Virus record (IMG/VR): IMGVR_UViG_3300021197_000101
Span: 1 to 56,239 of that record
Origin: a virus
Lineage: Duplodnaviria; Caudoviricetes
Strand: one strand, 5' to 3'
DNA: 56,239 bases
Shown: positions 28,125 to 36,451 of the stretch, piece after piece
Position numbering within the stretch: the first letter of the stretch is position 1
Layout of the letters: every line of letters starts with the position of its first letter
Notes under the pieces: generated by a model
What the model saw: only the letters and a program-made list of their open reading frames with translations
What the model was told of the DNA's origin: nothing
Database searches by the model: none
Made by a program: the position numbers and the translations under genes

Positions 28125-28376
28125 CTATCTGTGGGACTTCGTTTTCTTTGCAATTTTTTTAGGTTGAGCCACATGCTGCTTACCTGCCTTAGTGCCTTTT
28201 CGTTTTGCTCTGGAAGTGGCTGCGTACTCACTAGCACTAAGAGACTTAATAGCCGAAGAAGGTAAGTAACGTTCACCAGTAGCCTTAGACCCTTGCGTAG
28301 ATGGCTTACCACTTTTGGTTCTCCACTTTTGTTTTGTCCAAGACTTCAGGCTTTTTTGTGATTTAGAAAGTGCCAC
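28125..28376 (-). CDS. Basic small protein (DUF5872-like)
   Basis: SQKSLKSWTKQKWRTKSGKPS...GERYLP. Confidence 0.7.
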   Translation of the reverse strand: MALSKSQKSLKSWTKQKWRTKSGKPSTQGSKATGERYLPSSAIKSLSASEYAATSRAKRKGTKAGKQHVAQPKKIAKKTKSHR

Positions 28377-28451
28377 TTAGCAGCACTCACACTCTGGATT
28401 ACATTTACGATTTATCAAGGCACACCATAGTCTTTTTAAATACCTTCTCAT
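28377..28451 (-). CDS. 24-aa Cys-rich micropeptide (not in ORF track)
   Basis: MRRYLKRLWCALINRKCNPECECC; ATGA overlap, GGAGG RBS, stop abuts next GTG. Confidence 0.6.
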   Translation of the reverse strand: MRRYLKRLWCALINRKCNPECECC

Positions 28452-28627
28452 CTGTATCCTCCTCCTTTTGCTTTATATTGTTTTGCAACCATCTGGGCTT
28501 TTCTCGCAGACCATTGTCCGGGTGAGCCACCTTTGCCACCGGCTTTAACTTTGGCAACGAGGTTTTTACGCATAGTCGGTTTGGTGTAGTTACCAGCAGC
28601 ATTAACTTTACTTTTCTTTGCAGCCAT
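28448..28627 (-). CDS. Basic small protein, 59 aa (DUF5872-like; not in ORF track)
   Basis: MAAKKSKVNAAGNYTKPTMRK...GQWSARKAQMVAKQYKAKGGGYR; AGGAG RBS. Confidence 0.8.
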   Translation of the reverse strand: MAAKKSKVNAAGNYTKPTMRKNLVAKVKAGGKGGSPGQWSARKAQMVAKQYKAKGGGYR

Positions 28628-28639
28628 TAGAAGCTCCTA

Positions 28640-28990
28640 TTAAAATGAAAACTTTACGCCCATTGTAATATCACCAAATTCAAAGTCTGCATCTGACGAT
28701 ACTTCTGTGTAAGTTGTTAGACCTTTCCAAGCATACTCAGCTTTCCAGTCTACACCGGTAAAGATATCACCATTGTTAATATCTAATACATCTACAGTTG
28801 TTTCAGCAGAAAGAGTAGTTCCGTATGCACCCATGCTTAGTTTAGGTGTAACATCCAGTTCCCACGTTTCTTTTCCTGTTGTATAACTCATATCTGTTTC
28901 AGCACCGACAGATAATCCATATCCAATATCCATAGCCGACACTGATGTTCCTACAACTGCTACTGCAGTCGCTAATAATAACTTCTTCAT
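28640..28990 (-). CDS. Small secreted outer-membrane beta-strand protein
   Basis: Signal peptide MKKLLLATAVAVVGTSVSA; amphipathic strands; C-terminal MGVKFSF. Confidence 0.7.
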   Translation of the reverse strand: MKKLLLATAVAVVGTSVSAMDIGYGLSVGAETDMSYTTGKETWELDVTPKLSMGAYGTTLSAETTVDVLDINNGDIFTGVDWKAEYAWKGLTTYTEVSSDADFEFGDITMGVKFSF

Positions 28991-28999
28991 TTTATACTC

Positions 29000-29185
29000 C
29001 TATAAATTTGTTCCGATTTTAACGCATGTTGGTATTGCGTATATACCTTTTGCTACTAAGTCATTTGTTACGATAATAGTTTCCTGCTTACAGGCTTCCT
29101 CTGTATAGAAAGGCTCTGGCTTTGCTACAACCTGACAAGATAATGCTGATGGGTTTGTACACATCAACAATACAGCTATCCACAT
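29000..29185 (-). CDS. Small Cys-containing exported/membrane protein
   Basis: MWIAVLLMC...C...FYTEEAC...TCVK. Confidence 0.65.
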   Translation of the reverse strand: MWIAVLLMCTNPSALSCQVVAKPEPFYTEEACKQETIIVTNDLVAKGIYAIPTCVKIGTNL

Positions 29186-29469
29186 CACCAAGCTCTACAA
29201 GACCAGTACCGTGCAGTAAACTTGTCAGTTGCTGTATCACAGTTATGTCTTGCCCTAAAGCTTTTACGTCTAGCTGGTTGATCTTTCTTAATGCTCATGT
29301 TGGGATCACCAAAACGAACAATCTTCACTTCCTTGCCTTTCTTAGCAAGTACAGCAGACTTCTTAGATCCACCGGGAGTTTTCTTTGGTTTGTTATAACC
29401 CGGAAATGTTTCACCCCGATATTTTAATTTGCCACTAGGTAGACGTTCTACGTCTTTGGTTGTTGCCAT
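29185..29469 (-). CDS. Basic conserved phage protein
   Basis: VRFGDPNMSIKK..PARRKSFRARHNC...ARYWSC..W. Confidence 0.75.
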   Translation of the reverse strand: MATTKDVERLPSGKLKYRGETFPGYNKPKKTPGGSKKSAVLAKKGKEVKIVRFGDPNMSIKKDQPARRKSFRARHNCDTATDKFTARYWSCRAW

Positions 29470-29945
29470 TACACCATCAATTCAAAATGTGGTCCGTCAA
29501 TAAAAGGTCTACGACCCTGAGATCTACGAAGGTCAATGTAAGCATTCATTGCGTCTTCCATTGTTCCTTCCCAGTTTCTTATATCCATTGGGTATGGCAT
29601 TTCTGGTGTACCCCATGCTGCTCCCCAGCAAATAGGAACTCCTACTTGTGAAGCTGCTTCTTTCATAGCATCAGCTATATCATCATAAACATTTAGTTCC
29701 CAGCAAGCACGTCCATTGACGTATGCCATAAGATCTACAGCTTTACCCTCTAGGTGTTTAGACTTCATGGTTTGACTAGCACCAGAAGCTACTAACTCCT
29801 TTTGCTGTTCTACGGTTCTTAAACCTTGGATCACCCCGAAGTCAATTTTATCACTCAAGGTGATAGCCATCTTGACTACTGCCTGTAGACTGTCATCTAC
29901 ACCTTCTAGTTTATCTAAGCTACGTCTACTTAATTTAAATGCCAT
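29469..29945 (-). CDS. Endolysin, M15 L-Ala-D-Glu peptidase
   Basis: GLRT.EQQ, SKHL.G.AVD, DGPHFEL. Confidence 0.9.
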   Translation of the reverse strand: MAFKLSRRSLDKLEGVDDSLQAVVKMAITLSDKIDFGVIQGLRTVEQQKELVASGASQTMKSKHLEGKAVDLMAYVNGRACWELNVYDDIADAMKEAASQVGVPICWGAAWGTPEMPYPMDIRNWEGTMEDAMNAYIDLRRSQGRRPFIDGPHFELMV

Positions 29946-29947
29946 GT

Positions 29948-30331
29948 CTATTTCCTAAAAAACTTGGTAGCTGCCCTTACACCGAAAGATGCAGATACGA
30001 TTACGCCTAATGTGTATTGGTAGTAGCTTGGCATAACTTCCAAAGCAGTAAAGCCATCTGCTACTATCTGTCTACCCCAATCCCCACAGAATGCAAGGAT
30101 TAATGGAATTGAAAATAAAATTGTTAGCCATTCGTCTTTCCACGAGTTAGCTGATGCTTTCGCCATGATGCGATCCCACTCAGCTTCACTGGTAGCAGCT
30201 GAAAGCATTATCTGTGCTTCAGCCTCTGCCTTAGCTACCTTTACTTTATTCTGTGCAGCTTTCTGTTCTACCTTGCCGTTAAGCCAAGTACCTGCCAAAC
30301 TAGCTATAGGTCCAATCAAACCTTGTATCAT
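29948..30331 (-). CDS. Holin (GTA 3TM-like)
   Basis: SWKDEW, TM helices, ASFGVR; adjacent to endolysin. Confidence 0.75.
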   Translation of the reverse strand: MIQGLIGPIASLAGTWLNGKVEQKAAQNKVKVAKAEAEAQIMLSAATSEAEWDRIMAKASANSWKDEWLTILFSIPLILAFCGDWGRQIVADGFTALEVMPSYYQYTLGVIVSASFGVRAATKFFRK

Positions 30332-30630
30332 TTCTTATTCCCCATTGCTGTAAACCCAAAGTATGCACCGACAAGTGCTGAGACAGATACGACATAGATG
30401 TTAGCAATATCTGCTATTAACATTGCTGCTGTATCCATTCCAATAAGTGTACATAAGAAGATACCCATAGGGTAGAGTACCATTCCAGATAAAGCAAACC
30501 AAGTCATGTTGCGTTGGGCATCACGCTTGGCATCTTCATCTTCCATCTTTCTACGTCTATCTTCTAAATAGATCTCACGCTCTTCAGCATCGAGTTTACC
30601 GTTCTTGTCTAGGTCATATTCTTCTACCAT
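30328..30630 (-). CDS. 2-TM membrane protein with EF-hand-like loop (holin/antiholin candidate)
   Basis: DLDKNGKLDAEE; QRNMTWFAL; VGAYFG. Confidence 0.7.
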   Translation of the reverse strand: MVEEYDLDKNGKLDAEEREIYLEDRRRKMEDEDAKRDAQRNMTWFALSGMVLYPMGIFLCTLIGMDTAAMLIADIANIYVVSVSALVGAYFGFTAMGNKK

Positions 30631-30881
30631 TATTCCCAATCTCTTTTTCTCTGGGGGTCTAACACATCGTGCCTATTAAGATGACCCTCTAAATACATAG
30701 CACGTTCTACTCTATCTAGAGTATACTTAACACCTGTATCTTGACGGATAGCTTCTCGTACATAGAATACGTCTGAACGTGGTATATGTACTCTTCGTAG
30801 TTGAGCTTCGTTGTTATCAGCTAGTGCTTTATAAAATTCCTCTATAACGGAATCCGAAGCAAACATTTTTTTCTTGGACAT
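30630..30881 (-). CDS. Hypothetical protein, first gene of minus arm
   Basis: 83 aa; HIPRSDVFYVR. Confidence 0.7.
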   Translation of the reverse strand: MSKKKMFASDSVIEEFYKALADNNEAQLRRVHIPRSDVFYVREAIRQDTGVKYTLDRVERAMYLEGHLNRHDVLDPQRKRDWE

Positions 30882-30884
30882 TGC

Positions 30885-30914
30885 TAGTTATACTTTAAGT
30901 TTTAGGAAAAGCAA
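30885..30914 (-). promoter_or_regulatory. Promoter containing ACTTAAAGTATAACTA box
   Basis: TTGCTT-N16-TATAAC; -10 lies only a few nt from the ATG at 30881 (possibly leaderless). Confidence 0.6.
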
Positions 30915-30959
30915 GTACTTTTATTGATACGACAGAAAAAAGTTAGAATCTGTGTCAGT

Positions 30960-30980
30960 ACTTTAAGTAATACTTTAAGT
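30960..30980 (+). repeat. Tandem ACTTTAAGT pair (12-bp period)
   Basis: actttaagt-aat-actttaagt. Confidence 0.8.
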
Positions 30981-31064
30981 TTAACTTATAGTATCTATTA
31001 ACTTTAATTATATTAGTAATAATAGAGTTAAGTTAAGCTTTATGTAATACGTTATGTATACATA

Positions 31065-31093
31065 ATTATAACTCATAATGCCCCCGCTGTCAA
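31065..31093 (-). promoter_or_regulatory. Consensus sigma70 promoter
   Basis: TTGACA-N17-TATAAT, exact. Confidence 0.8.
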
Positions 31094-31109
31094 GTATTAT
31101 TTTATACAC

Positions 31110-31540
31110 ACTATGTTACAACATATTACAGTCTATACACAAATTGTTTCAATTGTAACAAGTTTTAAACAATGTGGTTAACAACCTAATTTTACTAATT
31201 TCTGTCATTCTGGGTATATATGTACGGGGCTACCCCCAGTGTCCCATACCGGTATGCAATGTTATAACATAACACTAGGCCTATAAATAAAAAAAGTATC
31301 TATTTGTTGTATAACTTACTGTATTTATTAAGTATTTTACACAATATACTATTAATAATACCAGTATTGCAGTGTTATAATGTAACATTTTACAGCTTGT
31401 GATCACAAAACAGCTTATTTATGTATAACCCTACCCCCCTATTTGTGATCACATAAGTACACCCCTAGATTTGTGATCACGTTTATATTTAGTTTAACAT
31501 TAAACGAAAATACAAAACTAGTTTAACGTTAAACTACCAG
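31110..31540. repeat. Cluster of short palindromic repeats (putative genome terminus/packaging or origin region)
   Basis: TTGTGATCAC x3, AGTTTAAC(A/G)TTAAAC x2, TGTTA(T/C)AACAT x2, C-runs. Confidence 0.7.
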
Positions 31541-31660
31541 TAAATCACAGCTATTTATTGAACACTTGTTCATTTAAATTAATTTAATCTTTTTTTATTA
31601 ATTGTCGTTTTTGTCTCAAATTGGTCGCATTTAGGTTTTACAAGCCTGATTTATACTATA

Positions 31661-32245
31661 TGTCAATCACAGGGCTTTTAGTCGGAGTGAGACTTTAAGA
31701 ATATTGACCCCCTAACGTTATTTGAAAATAGGAACCGCAACAATACTTAAAGCTTTTCTCGTTACTGATTAGCTTTTAGCGGCAAGCCTTACATCAAAGT
31801 AAAGTGACCTAATCATTATGGTAAAGTGATTAGATACCGATAACTAGCTTATGTTTTTGGGTATAGTTTAGCCTAGTTTCTAATAATGTTAGAGATGAAA
31901 TAAAGCGTTTAACATATAGTTAAATTCTTTTAGAGCGTACTAAGTACAGCGAATTAAAATGCCAAGTTGATTACAAAAAGAAAACAGATGTTGGTCGGGG
32001 TTTACTAGATAATAAGCAATTATTATTTGGGGATTTCCTAAGACGGGGTATCGCATAGCAAATGCAAAGTGCGACAATAAGTAATAGTTTCAGATAGTAA
32101 TGCGTTATAAAATGAAATATTTTATATCAAGTGACTATCTTATCAATACCTATTGATACGGGATTGATAGAACAAATAAACACTTTAAGATAAATATCGG
32201 ATAGGCATTTTAACAAGTGTCTATCTAGGATTTATTTTAAATCCG
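31661..32245 (+). ncRNA. Long structured non-coding RNA / early leader (candidate)
   Basis: No ORF in the track; many consecutive hairpins with G-U pairs on the plus strand. Confidence 0.5.
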
Positions 32246-32276
32246 TTTTTGTCATTAACATATAGGAGCTAATACA

Positions 32277-32762
32277 ATGACTATTGAAAACACAATCAAA
32301 AATTTCTCAACTAATATCGGTAATGGTATCAACTTAGGTATTCACTTCAAATCAATTATTGATCATGTGATTGCTCAAAGAGATACTACCCCGTTAGTTA
32401 AAATTATTAATGCGGCAATAAATAGAAGCGATAAAGATATTGCTAGCTCAATTCGTTTTACGTTTGGTAAAATATTTGATGGTGCAAAGATTAAAAGTAA
32501 AAATGGTAAAGTTATTTCTATTCAAATCAAAAATGCCAAGTTATCCAATAGTGCTGTTAAAGCTTTATCGGATGTAGCCGGTCAAGTATCTATGAGGGGT
32601 ACAAATTGGAAAAAAGCATTTTCAACTGATACTGAGCCGAAAGCTTTTGATGTAGCATTGTGGGCGGCTAGACAAGCAACGGCTAGACCTACTCAATTAG
32701 AAGCTATGATTGCAGCATTGCAAGCTCAACGTGCAACAGTGAGTAAGAAAAAAGCTGCTTAA
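32277..32762 (+). CDS. First early protein, unknown function (basic, 161 aa)
   Basis: TAGGAG RBS; flanked by long hairpins. Confidence 0.8.
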   Translation: MTIENTIKNFSTNIGNGINLGIHFKSIIDHVIAQRDTTPLVKIINAAINRSDKDIASSIRFTFGKIFDGAKIKSKNGKVISIQIKNAKLSNSAVKALSDVAGQVSMRGTNWKKAFSTDTEPKAFDVALWAARQATARPTQLEAMIAALQAQRATVSKKKAA

Positions 32763-32773
32763 TCAAACACTTA

Positions 32774-32830
32774 AAGTAAATATAGTCTAAGCCCTTGCAT
32801 TAATTTGTGAGGGCTTTAATATATCTACTT
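32774..32830 (+). promoter_or_regulatory. Long interrupted hairpin (RNase III-like site or terminator)
   Basis: AAGTAAATATA..AAGCCCTTGCA-ttaatt-TGTGAGGGCTT..TATATCTACTT. Confidence 0.55.
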
Positions 32831-32876
32831 AGAAATAGTACGATATAATTGTGTCCAATAAACAAAGAGGTAATGT

Positions 32877-33035
32877 ATGGATTTATTTGTAGTAATTGTC
32901 ACCAATTCTGGTGATGGTGCATGGGTGTATTCCGACCATCAATGTTGGTTGAGTGCATCCGACTCAAGATATGCGGCAGAGAAAGAATGCTCTGGCTGTA
33001 ATGTCATTATTGAAACCATAAAGATAGAGGTGTAA
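32877..33035 (+). CDS. Small early protein (52 aa)
   Basis: GAGG RBS; MDLFVVIVTNSGDG...; hand translated. Confidence 0.55.
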   Translation: MDLFVVIVTNSGDGAWVYSDHQCWLSASDSRYAAEKECSGCNVIIETIKIEV

Positions 33036-33036
33036 T

Positions 33037-33252
33037 ATGAATAAATGGGATGACGCACTAGGTGCGTTTGGACGTAGGTATGAGCTGTGGACTAACGGCT
33101 ATGGCTCATGGATAGTGCGCTCTTTTAACGTGCAAGGTGACCTTGCCAAGAGTAAACTGTATGACAATTATGGTGATGCAGTGTTGCATTTTTTGACCTA
33201 CACTACGCCAGTGGTGGGTCTGGATAATGAATATGAAATGGAGGTGTTCTAA
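33037..33252 (+). CDS. Small early protein
   Basis: GAGGT RBS; 71 aa. Confidence 0.65.
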   Translation: MNKWDDALGAFGRRYELWTNGYGSWIVRSFNVQGDLAKSKLYDNYGDAVLHFLTYTTPVVGLDNEYEMEVF

Positions 33253-33253
33253 T

Positions 33254-33493
33254 ATGTATAGAATAAATGTGTCTAAGCGTAAGCTAGAACGTAGGTGGAC
33301 TGTGGGTATGAATGAGTATGCCTACGTCCATTACTTCAGGATAAACACGCCCTTATTGCCTAAAGAGGAATTTATTATGGGTGATAATTTGACAGACTTG
33401 GTGAGTGAAATGCGTTCTATTTATCCTGAACCTGAGTTCAAGGTGGACGTGTGGGAAACTCCTACTGTACCAGATAGGAAGGTGGAAATATGA
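33254..33493 (+). CDS. Small early protein
   Basis: GGAGGT RBS before ATG 33254. Confidence 0.65.
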   Translation: MYRINVSKRKLERRWTVGMNEYAYVHYFRINTPLLPKEEFIMGDNLTDLVSEMRSIYPEPEFKVDVWETPTVPDRKVEI

Positions 33494-33603
33494 AATTAAT
33501 AAAGCGTGGCTACAAATATATCTTATATGATGATGATGGCCGTATTGTAATAATATCTACTGACCGTAGAATATGTGAAGGGATTATGAATGATGACACA
33601 TAA
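33490..33603 (+). CDS. Small early protein (37 aa)
   Basis: ATGA coupling; MKLIKRGYKYILYDDDGRIVIIS. Confidence 0.55.
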   Translation: MKLIKRGYKYILYDDDGRIVIISTDRRICEGIMNDDT

Positions 33604-33808
33604 AGTAATATTGGATGGATGGTACGAGACTGAAGGTGGTCTCTTACCTATCTATGAGGAAGGCACTAGCCTCAATGAAATAGTGTATCGTCTGCAAAAA
33701 GATGATGAGGACTTTGGCCATACTGATATGGAGTTTGAACTAGAACTGCCCAGTGGTGAGGTCAAAGATGTAGCTAAACTAATCAGTCGTATAGTCACTA
33801 ATGCCTAG
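33590..33808 (+). CDS. Small acidic early protein
   Basis: 72-aa ORF in operon. Confidence 0.6.
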   Translation: MMTHKVILDGWYETEGGLLPIYEEGTSLNEIVYRLQKDDEDFGHTDMEFELELPSGEVKDVAKLISRIVTNA

Positions 33809-33938
33809 TGTCTATGTGCCTGTAAAATTGTATGTCGATGACATACTTATATGTACTATCCACAAAGCCAGTGTGGGTGGTTTAATCCAAGCCCTAAATA
33901 GTAAGGGTATCTTTAACATTTCTGTAGAGGAGAAATAA
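33801..33938 (+). CDS. Small early protein (45 aa)
   Basis: MPSVYVPVKLYVDD...; fills the gap between neighbours. Confidence 0.5.
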   Translation: MPSVYVPVKLYVDDILICTIHKASVGGLIQALNSKGIFNISVEEK

Positions 33939-33940
33939 AC

Positions 33941-34309
33941 ATGGCAAATTCTAAAGGACATCGTTACGCAAATTCATTCAAGCATGAGGTGTGCCAATAC
34001 TATGAGCATCACACACGCAATGACACAGAGGCCAAGTATGGTGTGGCAGGGAAAACTATAAGTAAGTGGCGTGTGGCTCTAGGTTACCGCAACAAATTCT
34101 TTGGCCGCAATATGTACACTGAAGGTATGCAACCTGCCTTGAAGAAACGTCAGCAAAGGGATTGGATGGTTACGAAAAAAGATAATGCATTCCTGTTAAA
34201 TGAGGTGAGTGACTTGAGAATTGAACTCATGAATAAAGACATGGATAATCTGTGGCTAAAAGAAAAGCTAATAGCTATAGCTGATGCTATCAAAACTATG
34301 GAGGCGTAA
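33941..34309 (+). CDS. HTH DNA-binding protein with coiled coil
   Basis: RY..SFK.EV..Y...T..KYGV...TISKWR. Confidence 0.65.
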   Translation: MANSKGHRYANSFKHEVCQYYEHHTRNDTEAKYGVAGKTISKWRVALGYRNKFFGRNMYTEGMQPALKKRQQRDWMVTKKDNAFLLNEVSDLRIELMNKDMDNLWLKEKLIAIADAIKTMEA

Positions 34310-34800
34310 TGAATATATTTGCATTTGACAAGTGTCCGATGCGGTCTGCTCTGTGGTTGGATGACATTCGTAAGAACAAGATGATACTTGAGTCTGCACA
34401 AATGTTGTCCACCGCAGTCAGAGCCTTGTGTCCTGACACTACACTTGAAGTCTACAAATCTGCATACCTAAACCATCCATGCAGTAAGTGGGCTAGACAG
34501 TCTCGTGCTAACTTCCAGTGGCTACTACACCACATGAGTTGGCTATACAATCAGAAATCTGGAGACCACAAGTCTGCCAGACTGATACCTAGGTTCCAAA
34601 AGTATGCAGATGGTGGAGATTTTCCAGATGAATACTTGACACCGTTTGCAAACTGTGCTAGGAATTTAGAACGTGGAGTTGATTATTCAGAAGTAGATGA
34701 TGTGCATCAAGCATATCGAATGTATATGAATGATCGTTGGAAAGAACGTAACATCACCCTGACTTGGCGTTGGGGTGAGGAGCCAGATTGGAGGTCTTAA
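34309..34800 (+). CDS. Pyrimidine-dimer DNA glycosylase-like protein (DenV-related family)
   Basis: MNIF, KMILESAQMLST, Y.NHPC..W.R.S..NF.WL, AYR.Y. Confidence 0.7.
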   Translation: MNIFAFDKCPMRSALWLDDIRKNKMILESAQMLSTAVRALCPDTTLEVYKSAYLNHPCSKWARQSRANFQWLLHHMSWLYNQKSGDHKSARLIPRFQKYADGGDFPDEYLTPFANCARNLERGVDYSEVDDVHQAYRMYMNDRWKERNITLTWRWGEEPDWRS

Positions 34801-34801
34801 T

Positions 34802-36451
34802 ATGGCAAATTACACACTCGTTCCAGTAAATACTGATGAGATTAGAAACCATTATGGTGATGATGTATGTGACAAGCTTGTACCATATCAACCACACCTG
34901 TTTGATAATCTTATGTGGGGTAGTGACGATGGTAAACCCACACTCGTTGGTGGTAATGTACAGCTATCTGATGGTAGCTTGTACTACTTGGTTACACCAG
35001 AGAAGTATGGTTTCGTAGTCAAGAAACAGTATCGTGAAGATCCTAACGAGACTGACCCTGTGCTTCGTGAATGGGGTGACTATGATGGTGCATTGTTTAA
35101 TGTCAGTGATCACACCATACAAGATTGGTTTCTGGCTATCATCAATGGTACTGATATATCTTATCAAGGTGATAAGCTATTTACCAGTAATGCTTTCAAA
35201 CCTAAGTACAGGTTACGAGCATTCAACTGTAGACGTTCCACCCAGTATACAGGTAAGATCACCTTGTACAAATCACACAAGGATTTAGATGATGATCGTG
35301 AGACTGCTATGCGACCTGCTCGTGCTATCAAGCTTATGTTCCCTGAGTTCGATCACAATACACTCAATGAGATTACTGATGCATACCTACAGAAGTTTGC
35401 ACCCCGTAAGCTTGTACTTCATACATCTCAAGATCCAGATGCTTTCAAGCTTGCATACTCTGGTGAGCAATCTAACTGTGAGAACATAGAGACTAGCTAC
35501 AAGAGAAAGCATATGTCTCACAGCTGTATGCGATACCCCTTTGACCACCTACCTCAACATCCTGCCGAGGCTTATGCTAGTGGTGACTTCAAGATTATCT
35601 ATGTACTGGATCAAGATGGTCTAGTGTGTAGTAGATGTGTGGTTGCTATGAATACTAATGACCCATCAAATGCACCCCAAGCTGGCCCGATCTATGGTGT
35701 ATCCGAGCAGTCTATTGACATGATCAATGCTCATCTTGTGGATATGTCTGCTCTCATGGCAAGTAGTGCTGACTGGTCTGGTGCTAAACTATGTAGGATA
35801 CCTAACCCTGACGGTGATGGTTTCGTTGCACCTTACCTAGATGTCGGCCCACAATCACTGGATGATGACGGTAAGCATCTTATTATAGACAGCTACGGTA
35901 GTATTGATGCCAGTTGCTACAGTGGTATACTTGGCGGCTATGAGTACACATGTAGATGTTGTGAAGAGGGTCTCAATCAAGATGAGGCATACTTCTCAGA
36001 GACTACAGAGGAATACTACTGTGAGTCCTGTTACTACGAGGAGCATATGTACTGTGACTATGCAGGAACAGATGTACACAGAGATGATACTACTATGGTA
36101 TACATCATGGGTAGTAGTGGTCACAGATATCCTGAGAGAGTAGCTACCAGTGTCATTGAGTACGGTGATGACTTTATTCACTGTGATAGTGACGGTGAGT
36201 ATTGGGACTGTGACAGTGCTGTATACATTGAGTCTGAGGATATCTGGTGTGACCCGATTACTCTTGAGGCTGATTACTTTGAGTGTGATTGGACTAACGA
36301 GTGGTATTCCAATGATGATATGTGTAGAACTGAGGACGGTGAGAAGGTGTGTAAGCAAGCACTGGATGACCATGATGAAGAGTGGTATCTCAGAAAGAGA
36401 GATGGCATCTACTACACTAAACCAGAACCATTAAATGAAGAGGAGCTATAA
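34802..36451 (+). CDS. Large early protein with SCM motif and C-terminal Cys/acidic Zn-ribbon repeats
   Basis: SHSCMR, HPAEAY, SRCVV, PIYG, APYLD; C..C...YYCESC and further C-rich repeats; GGAGG RBS. Confidence 0.75.
   Translation: MANYTLVPVNTDEIRNHYGDDVCDKLVPYQPHLFDNLMWGSDDGKPTLVGGNVQLSDGSLYYLVTPEKYGFVVKKQYREDPNETDPVLREWGDYDGALFNVSDHTIQDWFLAIINGTDISYQGDKLFTSNAFKPKYRLRAFNCRRSTQYTGKITLYKSHKDLDDDRETAMRPARAIKLMFPEFDHNTLNEITDAYLQKFAPRKLVLHTSQDPDAFKLAYSGEQSNCENIETSYKRKHMSHSCMRYPFDHLPQHPAEAYASGDFKIIYVLDQDGLVCSRCVVAMNTNDPSNAPQAGPIYGVSEQSIDMINAHLVDMSALMASSADWSGAKLCRIPNPDGDGFVAPYLDVGPQSLDDDGKHLIIDSYGSIDASCYSGILGGYEYTCRCCEEGLNQDEAYFSETTEEYYCESCYYEEHMYCDYAGTDVHRDDTTMVYIMGSSGHRYPERVATSVIEYGDDFIHCDSDGEYWDCDSAVYIESEDIWCDPITLEADYFECDWTNEWYSNDDMCRTEDGEKVCKQALDDHDEEWYLRKRDGIYYTKPEPLNEEEL

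Noticed and set aside
28405-28602. 65-aa ORF from the track
   Set aside because: Alternative frame; 28448..28627 and 28377..28451 have RBSs, coupling and recognisable motifs
31390-31540. CRISPR-like mini array
   Set aside because: Repeats are only 10-15 bp with irregular spacing; the only Cas-like gene is a Cas4-like nuclease typical of phage replication modules
33941-34309. IS3-type transposase OrfA
   Set aside because: HTH only; no DDE ORF or terminal inverted repeats
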